This document shows positions 8,012 through 16,037 of a stretch of 32,000 bases of DNA, piece after piece (the first letter of the stretch is position 1; the number at the start of each line of letters is the position of its first letter). Position numbers and translations under genes: made by a program. The stretch spans positions 1,080,001-1,112,000 of the forward strand of contig NC_004460.2 in NCBI RefSeq assembly GCF_000039765.1, given 5' to 3'. The notes beneath the pieces are model-generated. The model did no database searches. It worked only from the letters and a program-made list of their open reading frames with translations, and was not told where the DNA came from. Source of the stretch: Vibrio vulnificus CMCP6. Its GTDB lineage: Bacteria; Pseudomonadota; Gammaproteobacteria; Enterobacterales; Vibrionaceae.

Positions 8012-9140
8012 GCGCGCCTCCCATCACCATGCTGTTGTCGATGATTTCTTCATCCAACGTCACGCCATCCAACACTTCAACGTTAATACCGTCAGAGAGC
8101 CCCAACTGCACTGGCTGCGCGTGGAAACCTTGCTCAGAGCTATCTGGGATCAGCACATGCGGCGCATCGCCTTCAAACTGCAATGCGCGCTCTGGCAGCG
8201 TTAAGACGTTTTCAGATTTCTTCAACGTGATTTTCGCCGTTGACGAGAACCCCGAGCGCAGCAGTACTTCGCTCGGAATGTTGAGCTGCCCTACTTCAAC
8301 TTCAAAACCGTTATCAAAACTCTTGGCAGAGGCATTACCTCCTGGGGAGTTAAGATTCTCTGATTGAATCGCCACTTTGGTGAGCACACCAGAAATCGCC
8401 ACATCAGGATAGGGAGCAACGGTGAGCAGAACGGGCATCCCTGGGGAGAGCTGCGCCGCATCATGCTCACTGACGCTGCCTTTAAAGATCAAATTATTCA
8501 TGTCGGCTAACGACATCATTTCCGTCGCAGCCTGACTCGATTGCGTGGAAATGATCGGCTCGCCAACTTCCACTTTTTGATTAAGCACCGTGCCATCAAT
8601 GGGCGCGTAGATCGTGGAGGTTAAGCGCGCATCACCGATAGAGGCTTCACCACTGCGGATCAGTTCGAGGTTTTGCCGTTTTTGCAGCACATCCGCTTGG
8701 GCAGATTTGACCGTCGAGCGCGCACTGACGTACTCATCGTAGTTCTTCGGGATGATATTTTGCTTCACCAAACTTTCTAGGTTGGTGAGTTTTTGCTTGG
8801 CGGATTCGAAATCGGCTTCGCTGCGCATTAGCGCCGCCGAGGCATCCGTCAGAGCTTGAGGAGTCGGATTTGGGCGCACCTTGATCAGCGGCTGACCTTG
8901 TGTGACCTTTTCACCCACTTTTGCGTAGATTTCCCCGACGATACCATCAATTTGCGACTTGATAGACACAGAATGAGCTGGAACAATTTTGCCGACAGCC
9001 ACCGCCTGCTTTTCAATGGTGCCCGTTGTGACCACAAGCGTGGGAAAAGCGTCCGGCTCCGCCGAAGATTGCAGATAGAAATACGCACCACCACCGAGCA
9101 GCGCAACGCTCACAGCAGAGACAAGCCAACGTTTCGTCAT
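8004..9140 (-). CDS. Periplasmic adaptor (HlyD/MacA-type membrane fusion protein)
   Basis: N-terminal anchor helix, a coiled-coil hairpin region and beta-barrel domains typical of the MFP family. Start ATG 9140 is preferred over 9155, but this is uncertain. Confidence 0.8.
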   Translation of the reverse strand: MTKRWLVSAVSVALLGGGAYFYLQSSAEPDAFPTLVVTTGTIEKQAVAVGKIVPAHSVSIKSQIDGIVGEIYAKVGEKVTQGQPLIKVRPNPTPQALTDASAALMRSEADFESAKQKLTNLESLVKQNIIPKNYDEYVSARSTVKSAQADVLQKRQNLELIRSGEASIGDARLTSTIYAPIDGTVLNQKVEVGEPIISTQSSQAATEMMSLADMNNLIFKGSVSEHDAAQLSPGMPVLLTVAPYPDVAISGVLTKVAIQSENLNSPGGNASAKSFDNGFEVEVGQLNIPSEVLLRSGFSSTAKITLKKSENVLTLPERALQFEGDAPHVLIPDSSEQGFHAQPVQLGLSDGINVEVLDGVTLDEEIIDNSMVMGGAHG

Positions 9141-9227
9141 TATGATTCCAGCCATTATTGGGTAGTCGCATGACTACGCCTCACATACAAAGTTGCTGGA
9201 ATCATATCGGCTTTAATGTCTGGACGT

Positions 9228-9255
9228 TGTCAGATTTGGTATTGCTATGTCAGAT
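9228..9255. repeat. Direct repeat TGTCAGAT x2, 20 bp apart, in the divergent promoter region
   Basis: Exact 8-mers at 9228-9235 and 9248-9255, with a related ATGTCTGG at 9216-9223. Confidence 0.4.
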
Positions 9256-9451
9256 GGAATTGACAAAAACTTATGCGGAAAAGTCATGAAATCCATTGCA
9301 ACTGCGGATAAAAAAGCAAATTACAGGTGCAATGGCAACATTCAGCTTGGCCAATCAACATCGGCAATATCGCCTCCCACATTGATTGAGATAGTAATTT
9401 GCCAAAAAACGCGCATAATTTTGCTATCAACACTCAAAGAAGAAATGACTT

Positions 9452-9829
9452 ATGACTGATTTTCAATACTACTTTCATCAACTTCCTTGTTTTGACTGCA
9501 AAAAGACCACAGTAAGCACGGATCTGGGTTGGTTAACGGCGGCGATGAAAGAAGATGTTCTTGCTCAAGTGGCTGAAATCATCGCGCAAGAAAACGTTGA
9601 AGCGGATTTTTCTGTGAACGTAACGTGCACAAAAGAAGAAGCGCGTGACTACTTATTGCTGAACTTCTACGGCTATTCAGACGAAGAACTGGCAGACCAA
9701 GTGGAAGCAGAAGACGAGCAAGAAGTCGCGGATGAAATCGCTGAGCTACTCGCCGATGGCAAAGAAGTCGTGGTTTTCGAACATGAAATCGCACTGCAAA
9801 GCTGCACCGATTGCGAAGTTGAGGAATAA
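9452..9829 (+). CDS. Hypothetical highly acidic protein with CxxC pairs near both termini
   Basis: 125 aa with about 30 Asp/Glu versus 6 Lys/Arg (hand count). CFDC at residues 13-16 and CTDC at 118-121. A strong terminator follows. I recognise no family. Confidence 0.7.
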   Translation: MTDFQYYFHQLPCFDCKKTTVSTDLGWLTAAMKEDVLAQVAEIIAQENVEADFSVNVTCTKEEARDYLLLNFYGYSDEELADQVEAEDEQEVADEIAELLADGKEVVVFEHEIALQSCTDCEVEE

Positions 9830-9862
9830 CTCAACACGCCTCATCGTGCTCAAGCTTGATTG

Positions 9863-9899
9863 AAAGCGTTAGCCCCCTTGCGTGGCTAACGCTTTTTTG
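9863..9899 (+). terminator. Rho-independent terminator
   Basis: AAAGCGTTAGCC-N9-GGCTAACGCTTT stem followed by a T6 run. Confidence 0.85.
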
Positions 9900-9944
9900 T
9901 CATCAAACGTTGGCCGCTTTGCATCAGAAATTCCAATCAAACAT

Positions 9945-9963
9945 TTAAATGAGAATCAATTGT
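9945..9963. promoter_or_regulatory. Fur box candidate upstream of the FhuF-like gene
   Basis: TTAAATGAGAATCAATTGT matches 11/19 of GATAATGATAATCATTATC, with a near-contiguous core AATGAgAATCAaT. It lies ~60 nt upstream of ATG 10022. Confidence 0.55.
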
Positions 9964-10021
9964 AATAACAACGCAGTTTCTTTATTCTTGCCTCACCCTT
10001 TCACGGCATAAGCACAACAAC

Positions 10022-10756
10022 ATGAGTGGCCATTCGTTTTTTGAGCATCTGTTCGAGCACTCACAACACGTCACCCCATATCTGCATGGCGCGCTCAAAC
10101 CGCGACCAGAAAGGTGCGCCGAGCATGGGTTTATCCATATCGAACACGCAAGTTCCGACCATATCCGCGCGCTGTATGAAAGCCTCAAATTAGCGCATCC
10201 CGAAGCTGGGTCGGCCTATTGGCTAACGCGCACTTGGACGCTGCTCTGCTGGCAACCGCTGTATGTGGCGTTTATTGCCATCTACTCTTGCCAAGGTTTG
10301 CCAAAGCTTTCATCCATGGGCCAACACGTTCAGCCAAGGTTCGTCAGTGGCTATCAATTTGACGACGATGAATATCGCCAAGGCAGCGAGCAAGAATTGA
10401 TTGCCCATGCAGGTAAAGAACTCTGCGCGCTCTTCGACTACTTCCGCCAAGAGATGAGTCTCTGGACCCGCATCCGCCCCGGTTTTACCCAACACTTGTT
10501 TGCGGATGGTGTATTCGGCTGTTTGGTGAAACTCAGTCAGTTTTATCCCACCTTGTCGGGTGACTATTTCCTAGAACAAGCACGGTTGTGGCTTGCAGCC
10601 TGCCAGTTGCCTGAAAAACTCATCCACTCTCTTCGCTACGATGAAACATCTCGACAACTTAGCTTGGTGCGCACCAGTTGCTGTTTAGTCTACAAATGCC
10701 AAGGGCGAGAATTGTGTCGCGACTGCCCAAGGCATCCAGACAACAAACGCGAATAA
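10022..10756 (+). CDS. fhuF: Ferric-siderophore reductase, FhuF-type (2Fe-2S)
   Basis: The C-terminus ...CCLVYKCQGRELCRDC... fits the FhuF C-C-x10-C-x2-C cluster motif exactly. It has iron-cluster context and a Fur box upstream. Confidence 0.8.
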   Translation: MSGHSFFEHLFEHSQHVTPYLHGALKPRPERCAEHGFIHIEHASSDHIRALYESLKLAHPEAGSAYWLTRTWTLLCWQPLYVAFIAIYSCQGLPKLSSMGQHVQPRFVSGYQFDDDEYRQGSEQELIAHAGKELCALFDYFRQEMSLWTRIRPGFTQHLFADGVFGCLVKLSQFYPTLSGDYFLEQARLWLAACQLPEKLIHSLRYDETSRQLSLVRTSCCLVYKCQGRELCRDCPRHPDNKRE

Positions 10757-10813
10757 CGCCAAGCGCGATCATCCACATCAGCGGTGCGCCACACACCCAA
10801 CGATAGAGAGATT

Positions 10814-10832
10814 GATTATGAAAACAATTCTC
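10814..10832. promoter_or_regulatory. Fur box upstream of the ABC importer operon
   Basis: GATTATGAAAACAATTCTC matches 14/19 of the Fur consensus. It lies ~65 nt upstream of ATG 10897. Confidence 0.7.
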
Positions 10833-10896
10833 ATTGCAATTTCAACATGCTAAAGTGAACGGCTCGTAGCCAATAACTCAACTTCCTATTTCGCTT

Positions 10897-11664
10897 ATGT
10901 ATCAACTTGTCGATGCGTCGTTCGAAATCGACGATAAGGTGATCCTCTCTCCGACCAACCTCACGTTTGCATCGGGGAAAGTCACTACACTGCTTGGTCA
11001 CAATGGGTGTGGTAAATCGACCTTAGTTAAATTGCTGAGTCGACAAAACGCGCCAACGCAGGGGCAAGTTCTGTTTAACCAACAGCCGATCGCTTCGTTC
11101 AACAGCTTAGAGTTTGCCCATCAAGTGGCCTACCTTCCCCAACATCCCCCCATCACAGACGGAGTGACGGTTCGTGAGCTGGTCTACTTTGGGCGCTATC
11201 CGTGGAAAGGGGCCTTTGGTCGTTATGGCAAAGAGGACTATGCGATTGTCGATGAAGCCATTGAAAAAGTGGGTTTAACGGCGTTCGCTCAACGCTTCGT
11301 TGCCACCTTGTCCGGCGGGGAAAGGCAACGCGCTTGGGTCGCGATGCTGCTCGCGCAGCAAAGTCAGTGCATTTTGCTCGACGAACCGACTTCCGCCTTG
11401 GATGTGGCGCATCAACATGAACTGCTGGCGTTGATCCGCGAGCTCAACCAAACCATGGGCTTAACGGTGATCATGGTGCTACACGACGTCAATATGGCGG
11501 CCAAGTTTAGCGATCACCTCATTGCCCTCCACTCTGGAAAGGTGATTGCAGAAGGCAATCCTCAAGCGCTAATGACGCCAGAAACATTGATGAAAATCTA
11601 TGGTATGGAGCTCGCGTTATTCGCTCACCCCAAAACGGGAAAACCGATCAGTTACATCCCTTAA
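10897..11664 (+). CDS. fhuC: Ferric hydroxamate ABC transporter ATP-binding protein (FhuC-like)
   Basis: Walker A GHNGCGKST, signature LSGGERQR, Walker B ILLDEPTSALD, and the iron-siderophore ATPase size class (255 aa). Confidence 0.85.
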   Translation: MYQLVDASFEIDDKVILSPTNLTFASGKVTTLLGHNGCGKSTLVKLLSRQNAPTQGQVLFNQQPIASFNSLEFAHQVAYLPQHPPITDGVTVRELVYFGRYPWKGAFGRYGKEDYAIVDEAIEKVGLTAFAQRFVATLSGGERQRAWVAMLLAQQSQCILLDEPTSALDVAHQHELLALIRELNQTMGLTVIMVLHDVNMAAKFSDHLIALHSGKVIAEGNPQALMTPETLMKIYGMELALFAHPKTGKPISYIP

Positions 11665-11681
11665 ATCAGAAGGAATCTGTT

Positions 11682-12578
11682 GTGAAAAAAATCATCCTGA
11701 TGCTCTCTGCGGCCTTGGCATTCAACAGCTATGCTCTCGACATCACCCACGAAATGGGTACCACATCTTTTGAAACCACACCAAAGAAAGTGGTGGCACT
11801 CGATTGGGTGCTCACCGAAACCGTACTCAGCCTAGGCATTGAACTTGAAGGCGTGGCAAACATAAGCGGCTACCAACAATGGGTGGCCGAACCCCATCTA
11901 AACGCCGATGCGATTGATGTCGGTTCACGCCGTGAGCCGAACTTAGAGCTACTGAGCAACATCAAGCCCGATGTCATCTTGATCAGCAAACATCTTGCGG
12001 CGGCTTATGAGCCACTCAGTAAGATTGCGCCGGTTCTGGTTTACAGCGTCTACAGTGAAGACAAGCAGCCGTTGGAATCGGCCAAACGCATTACTCGCTC
12101 ACTCGGTAAGCTGTTCGATAAAGAGCAGCAGGCGGAGCAAGTGATTGCACAAACTGACCAGCGCCTTACGGCCAACGGGGCAAAAATCACCTCAGCCGGA
12201 AAAGCCGACAAGCCCCTGCTGTTTGCTCGTTTTATTAACGACAAAACCCTACGTATTCACAGTGAAGGCTCTTTGGCTCAAGACACCATCAATGCGATGG
12301 GGCTCAAAAACGATTGGCAGGAACCCACCAATCTTTGGGGTTTCACCACCACCGGAACGGAAAAACTGGCGGAACATCAAAAAGCAAATGTGATGATTTT
12401 TGGCCCTTTGAGCCAAGAAGAACGCCAGCAACTGACGCAGTCTCCGCTTTGGCAAGCCATGGAATTTAGCCGCACCGATTCTGTTTACGAACTTCCAGCC
12501 ATTTGGACGTTTGGTGGATTACTGGCCGCGCAACGCTTGAGTGACCACATTACTGGACGACTCACCCAGCCACAATGA
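11682..12578 (+). CDS. fhuD: Periplasmic ferric-hydroxamate binding protein (FhuD-like)
   Basis: GTG start with an AGGAAT RBS, signal peptide MKKIILMLSAALAFNSYA, class III (helical backbone) SBP size, and position between the ATPase and permease genes. Confidence 0.8.
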   Translation: MKKIILMLSAALAFNSYALDITHEMGTTSFETTPKKVVALDWVLTETVLSLGIELEGVANISGYQQWVAEPHLNADAIDVGSRREPNLELLSNIKPDVILISKHLAAAYEPLSKIAPVLVYSVYSEDKQPLESAKRITRSLGKLFDKEQQAEQVIAQTDQRLTANGAKITSAGKADKPLLFARFINDKTLRIHSEGSLAQDTINAMGLKNDWQEPTNLWGFTTTGTEKLAEHQKANVMIFGPLSQEERQQLTQSPLWQAMEFSRTDSVYELPAIWTFGGLLAAQRLSDHITGRLTQPQ

Positions 12579-14572
12579 ACACCTTAGACATCACAGACCC
12601 AGTCAAGGGGCGATTTCCTTTTAAAACCGCAGCGTTACTGAGCGCGGCGGTTTTACTTATTGGCTTACTGCTGCAAATCACCGCGCCCTATTCCCAAGGT
12701 ATTGGCCTGATTTGGAATACCCTTTTCCATTTTGATGCGTCTAATTATCAGCATCTCATTACGCATTTAACCTATTTGCCGAGGCTGAGCGTTGCCATCA
12801 TTTGTGGGTTTGCTTTAGCGGTGGCTGGGTGTGTGATGCAGTTTGTGTTACGTAACCCGATTGCTTCACCAACCACATTGGGCGTCGCGGCGGGCGCCGA
12901 GCTGGGGATGGTACTAGGGATTTTATTGCTCCCGGCGAGCTTGGCGGTACCTGGGTTTGTTCCCGCGTTTATCGGCGGTTGCCTAGCCACTGGGCTGGTG
13001 TTTGTCTTGAGCGCCGCCAGAGGTTTTTCGCCCTTACATATGGTGCTCGCGGGCATGGTGGTGAGTCTGTTTTTGGGCTCACTCAACACCATGCTCTTGA
13101 TGCTCAATGAGCAGCGCCTGACCAGCATTTTTGTGTGGGGTGCCGGTGTGCTCAACCAAAACGACTGGTCGAGCACGCAAATGCTGTTGCCTTTGGTTCT
13201 GATCCCGACGATGTTGCTTTTGCTGCTGCAACGGCCATTGTCTGCGCTGCAGTTTGGTGACCATGTCGCCACTTCGTTAGGCGTTAACATCAAGCAAATT
13301 AAACTGTTGTGCTTATCGTTCGCCATCTTCATTACGGCCGCGGTGGTCAGCGAAGTCGGTTTGATCGGTTTTGTTGGCATCGTTGCGCCCGCTATGGCGA
13401 GAATGCTTGGCGCTCGAACGCTGGCGAAGCAAATTCTTACCAGCGGCGTGATTGGCAGCGCCATTCTGCTTATCGTCGATTTGCTGATCCAACCTTTCTC
13501 TGGTGTGGGAGGGGAACTGCTGCCCACCGGCGCCATGACGGCCTTAATCGGCGCACCATTTTTGTTGTGGCTGCTGCAACGAAGCAAACTCCAATCCGAT
13601 CTTAAGGCGCGCTCTGAACACGTCGAACACTATAAGCGGGTTAACACTCGCTACGTGCTAACCGCGCTGACATTGGTGCTTTTCATCGTTTCTCTGTTCG
13701 CACTCTTGTTGGGTAAAAACCAATTTGGCTGGAGCTTTGGCCTAACTCAATCGCTCTTTGAGCTGCGTGCGCCACGCCTGCTGGTTGCGCTGATCGCGGG
13801 AATAGGGCTAGCCTTTGCTGGCACCATTATCCAGCGCATCTCTGGCAACCCAATGGCCAGCCCAGAAGTATTGGGGATCAGCTCTGGCGCGGCGCTCGCC
13901 CTTGTGCTCGGAACGCTGTTTGGGGTTGCCGTGGGTAGAGAGCAGCAAATGTTGTTGGGTACGCTGGGGGCGGTCTCGGTCGCGGTGGTGGTGTGGTTCA
14001 TGGGCAGAAAGCATCACTTCGCCCCGACACAAACCTTGTTGACCGGCATTGCCTTGAGCGCAGGTTTGGATGCCCTACTCAGAATCGCCATGAGCTCAGG
14101 ACACGACAATGCCTCCGCTCTGCTCACTTGGTTATCGGGTTCCACCTACTTAGTGGCCAGCAATGACGTTGTGTTGCTCGCCATCGGTGTGGTTTTGGTG
14201 GGTGGCATCGCCTTGTCACTAAGCCGTTGGCTAGCGTTAATCGGCCTAGGCGAAATCACCGCCAACAGCATCGGCATGAACGCTACGCTGGTCAGGTTGG
14301 TACTGTTACTGCTAGTGGCCGCACTCACCACGCTGTGCACCATTGTAATTGGCCCACTGAGCTTTGTTGGCCTATTGGCTCCGCATATGGCGCGCTCACT
14401 GCATCAATACCAAGCAAGACCACAGATGCTCACCGCTGCGCTATTGGGGGCGACCATTATGGTCTCGGCGGACTGGATTGGGCGAACCCTTTGGTTCCCT
14501 TGGCAATTCCCCGCAGGTCTCTTGGCCTCTTTGATTGGGGGTGGCTACTTTCTTTATCTGATGAGGCGTTAG
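12575..14572 (+). CDS. fhuB: Ferric hydroxamate ABC permease, internally duplicated FecCD-type (FhuB-like)
   Basis: 665 aa made of two tandem FecCD halves, which is the FhuB hallmark. A 4-nt overlap with the binding-protein gene indicates coupling. Confidence 0.85.
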   Translation: MNTLDITDPVKGRFPFKTAALLSAAVLLIGLLLQITAPYSQGIGLIWNTLFHFDASNYQHLITHLTYLPRLSVAIICGFALAVAGCVMQFVLRNPIASPTTLGVAAGAELGMVLGILLLPASLAVPGFVPAFIGGCLATGLVFVLSAARGFSPLHMVLAGMVVSLFLGSLNTMLLMLNEQRLTSIFVWGAGVLNQNDWSSTQMLLPLVLIPTMLLLLLQRPLSALQFGDHVATSLGVNIKQIKLLCLSFAIFITAAVVSEVGLIGFVGIVAPAMARMLGARTLAKQILTSGVIGSAILLIVDLLIQPFSGVGGELLPTGAMTALIGAPFLLWLLQRSKLQSDLKARSEHVEHYKRVNTRYVLTALTLVLFIVSLFALLLGKNQFGWSFGLTQSLFELRAPRLLVALIAGIGLAFAGTIIQRISGNPMASPEVLGISSGAALALVLGTLFGVAVGREQQMLLGTLGAVSVAVVVWFMGRKHHFAPTQTLLTGIALSAGLDALLRIAMSSGHDNASALLTWLSGSTYLVASNDVVLLAIGVVLVGGIALSLSRWLALIGLGEITANSIGMNATLVRLVLLLLVAALTTLCTIVIGPLSFVGLLAPHMARSLHQYQARPQMLTAALLGATIMVSADWIGRTLWFPWQFPAGLLASLIGGGYFLYLMRR

Positions 14573-14734
14573 TCTTCCTCATAGTTAAAAGAAAATCTCT
14601 TGCCGCAGAAGGCTTAACGTTGGCCTTCTGTGGTCACTGTGGCGTGACTTTTTCGATTGTATTTTGGGAACTAAAAAGCAATAAATGGCAATAAGATAAA
14701 TTTGTGTTTACCATGTGGGGAAAACACTAAGCCT

Positions 14735-15700
14735 ATGTCACTCATGGAAAAAGCCCCCATCACCAAACTTCAGCAAGATTTGTTCAATCAAGTGGTCAGC
14801 AAACTCAAAGCCGACGATGCGAAAATCGGCGCCAGCCTGAATGAATCGTCATTGGCTAATCAGTTCCAAGTATCGAGAACTCCGATGCGCGCCGTGCTCA
14901 GCTACATGTCTGCCTTAGGCATCGCTAAAGCTGTGCCTAATAAGGGATTCACGTTACAGATCGATGCTCATGCCATTCAAACTAACGAGAATGCCGACAA
15001 TAAAACATCTCGTCAGGAGAAACTGTATCTTAGGTTGCTGATGGATCTCTTCTTTGGGGAGATCGCCGCGGCGTTTTCAGAAAAGGAGCTTCAAGAGCGC
15101 TACAACGCCAATCGAGGCGAGATACAAAGCGTGCTCCGTTTGCTCGAAAATGATGGTATCTTGCGCCGAAGCCCCGGCTATAAGTGGCACCTCGACGGTG
15201 TTCTCAATACGCTGGAAAGGCACACCGAAAGCTACCGATGTCGGCTGATTTTCGAACCAGCAGGCTTGCTCGAACCAAGTTGGTTAGCCGATCTCAATGC
15301 ATTAGAGCAGTGTCGTGATCGTCATCTGCAAGCGATTCAAAAACCAGACACCGTCAGCGCCAGCGATTTGTTCAGCCTAAGTGCGGACTTTCATGAGCTG
15401 CTCGCCGCCTGCTCAGGCAACCGTTTTTTACTGAGCAACATGCAGCAGCATAATCGCATGCGCAAAGCGACCGACCTGGTCTCAATGCACATCCAAACGT
15501 CAGTCATTAAATCTTGCCAACGTCGGCTTGAGATCCTCGAGCTGCTGCTTGAGGGCAAAAACAAAGAGGCGGCAAAAAAACTCACTCAGCTGCTAGAAAA
15601 TGATATTCGTGTCATGCAGCGCACCTACAGCAATGTTATCCATCTCTCTCTGTCGGAGCGGGAAAAGCTGGTCAACAGCATCACCCACACCGACATCTAA
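14735..15700 (+). CDS. iutR: GntR-family (FCD-type) transcriptional regulator, IutR-like
   Basis: N-terminal winged HTH (...SLANQFQVSRTPMRAVLSYMSALGIAK...) plus a helical C-terminal FCD-like domain. It sits directly upstream of iutA, as described for V. vulnificus IutR. Start ATG 14735 is preferred over TTG 14702. Confidence 0.75.
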   Translation: MSLMEKAPITKLQQDLFNQVVSKLKADDAKIGASLNESSLANQFQVSRTPMRAVLSYMSALGIAKAVPNKGFTLQIDAHAIQTNENADNKTSRQEKLYLRLLMDLFFGEIAAAFSEKELQERYNANRGEIQSVLRLLENDGILRRSPGYKWHLDGVLNTLERHTESYRCRLIFEPAGLLEPSWLADLNALEQCRDRHLQAIQKPDTVSASDLFSLSADFHELLAACSGNRFLLSNMQQHNRMRKATDLVSMHIQTSVIKSCQRRLEILELLLEGKNKEAAKKLTQLLENDIRVMQRTYSNVIHLSLSEREKLVNSITHTDI

Positions 15701-15734
15701 CTCGCTTAGTCGTGCGCCAATTAAAACCTGCATG

Positions 15735-15775
15735 CCCCTTAGCTTAAGTCGCTTAGCTGAGGGGATAATTTCTCA
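15735..15775 (+). terminator. Probable iutR terminator hairpin
   Basis: CCCCTTAGC-N12-GCTGAGGGG (9 bp, one G.U pair) followed by ATAATTTCTC. Confidence 0.45.
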
Positions 15776-15783
15776 ACGCGAGG

Positions 15784-15861
15784 CTCCCCTTCTAGTTCCT
15801 CCCTACTCGCCCCTTGTCCCTCTCACCTAGTCCCTCGTTCTTCGTCCCTCTCTCCTCTCCC
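15784..15861. repeat. ~78-nt polypyrimidine (plus-strand) tract with GTCCCTC recurring at a 14-bp period
   Basis: About 86% C+T by hand count. GTCCCTC starts at 15816, 15830 and 15844. Confidence 0.6.
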
Positions 15862-15916
15862 AAAAAACCATCGCCATCAGCGCTATTGAGTTAAAAGAAA
15901 ATAATTCGCATTTGCA

Positions 15917-15945
15917 TATTGTATTTTCACAACAGAAATACAATA
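15917..15945. promoter_or_regulatory. Perfect 10-bp inverted repeat TATTGTATTT-N9-AAATACAATA, candidate IutR (GntR-type) operator
   Basis: Read directly from the sequence. It contains the GT...AC core common in GntR/FadR-type operators. It overlaps the iutA Fur box by 4 bp and lies ~95 nt upstream of the iutA ATG. Confidence 0.45.
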
Positions 15946-15960
15946 ATAACAATTCTTATT
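15942..15960. promoter_or_regulatory. Fur box upstream of iutA
   Basis: AATAATAACAATTCTTATT matches 13/19 of the Fur consensus. Confidence 0.7.
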
Positions 15961-16037
15961 TAGATTAATTACAAGCCTTCGCGCCGCTCAAACCTTGGAT
16001 TTGTGCCGCTTTATAATTGATAAACATAGAGAAAATA

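Noticed and set aside
9247-9459. 70-aa ORF upstream of, and overlapping the start of, the acidic protein gene
   Set aside because: No RBS or domain signal. It lies in a divergent promoter region, and its overlap with the next start appears coincidental.
12772-13587. 271-aa ORF antisense to the FhuB-like permease gene, along with other antisense ORFs at 13079-13264, 13747-14032 and 14146-14343
   Set aside because: It lies entirely within a well-supported membrane-protein gene on the opposite strand. It has no RBS, and its low-complexity Ala/Pro/Ser/Thr-rich translation is typical of the reverse frame of hydrophobic genes.
14561-14630. Two small hairpins after the FhuB-like gene (ATGAGG...CCTCAT and CAGAAGGC...GCCTTCTG), considered as terminators
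   Set aside because: No T-tract follows either stem. Read-through into iutR cannot be excluded, so they are not called as terminators.
14227-14694. 155-aa ORF overlapping the 3' end of the FhuB-like gene in another frame
   Set aside because: It is an out-of-frame overlap with a confident gene, and the Arg/His-rich translation is typical of an off-frame artefact.
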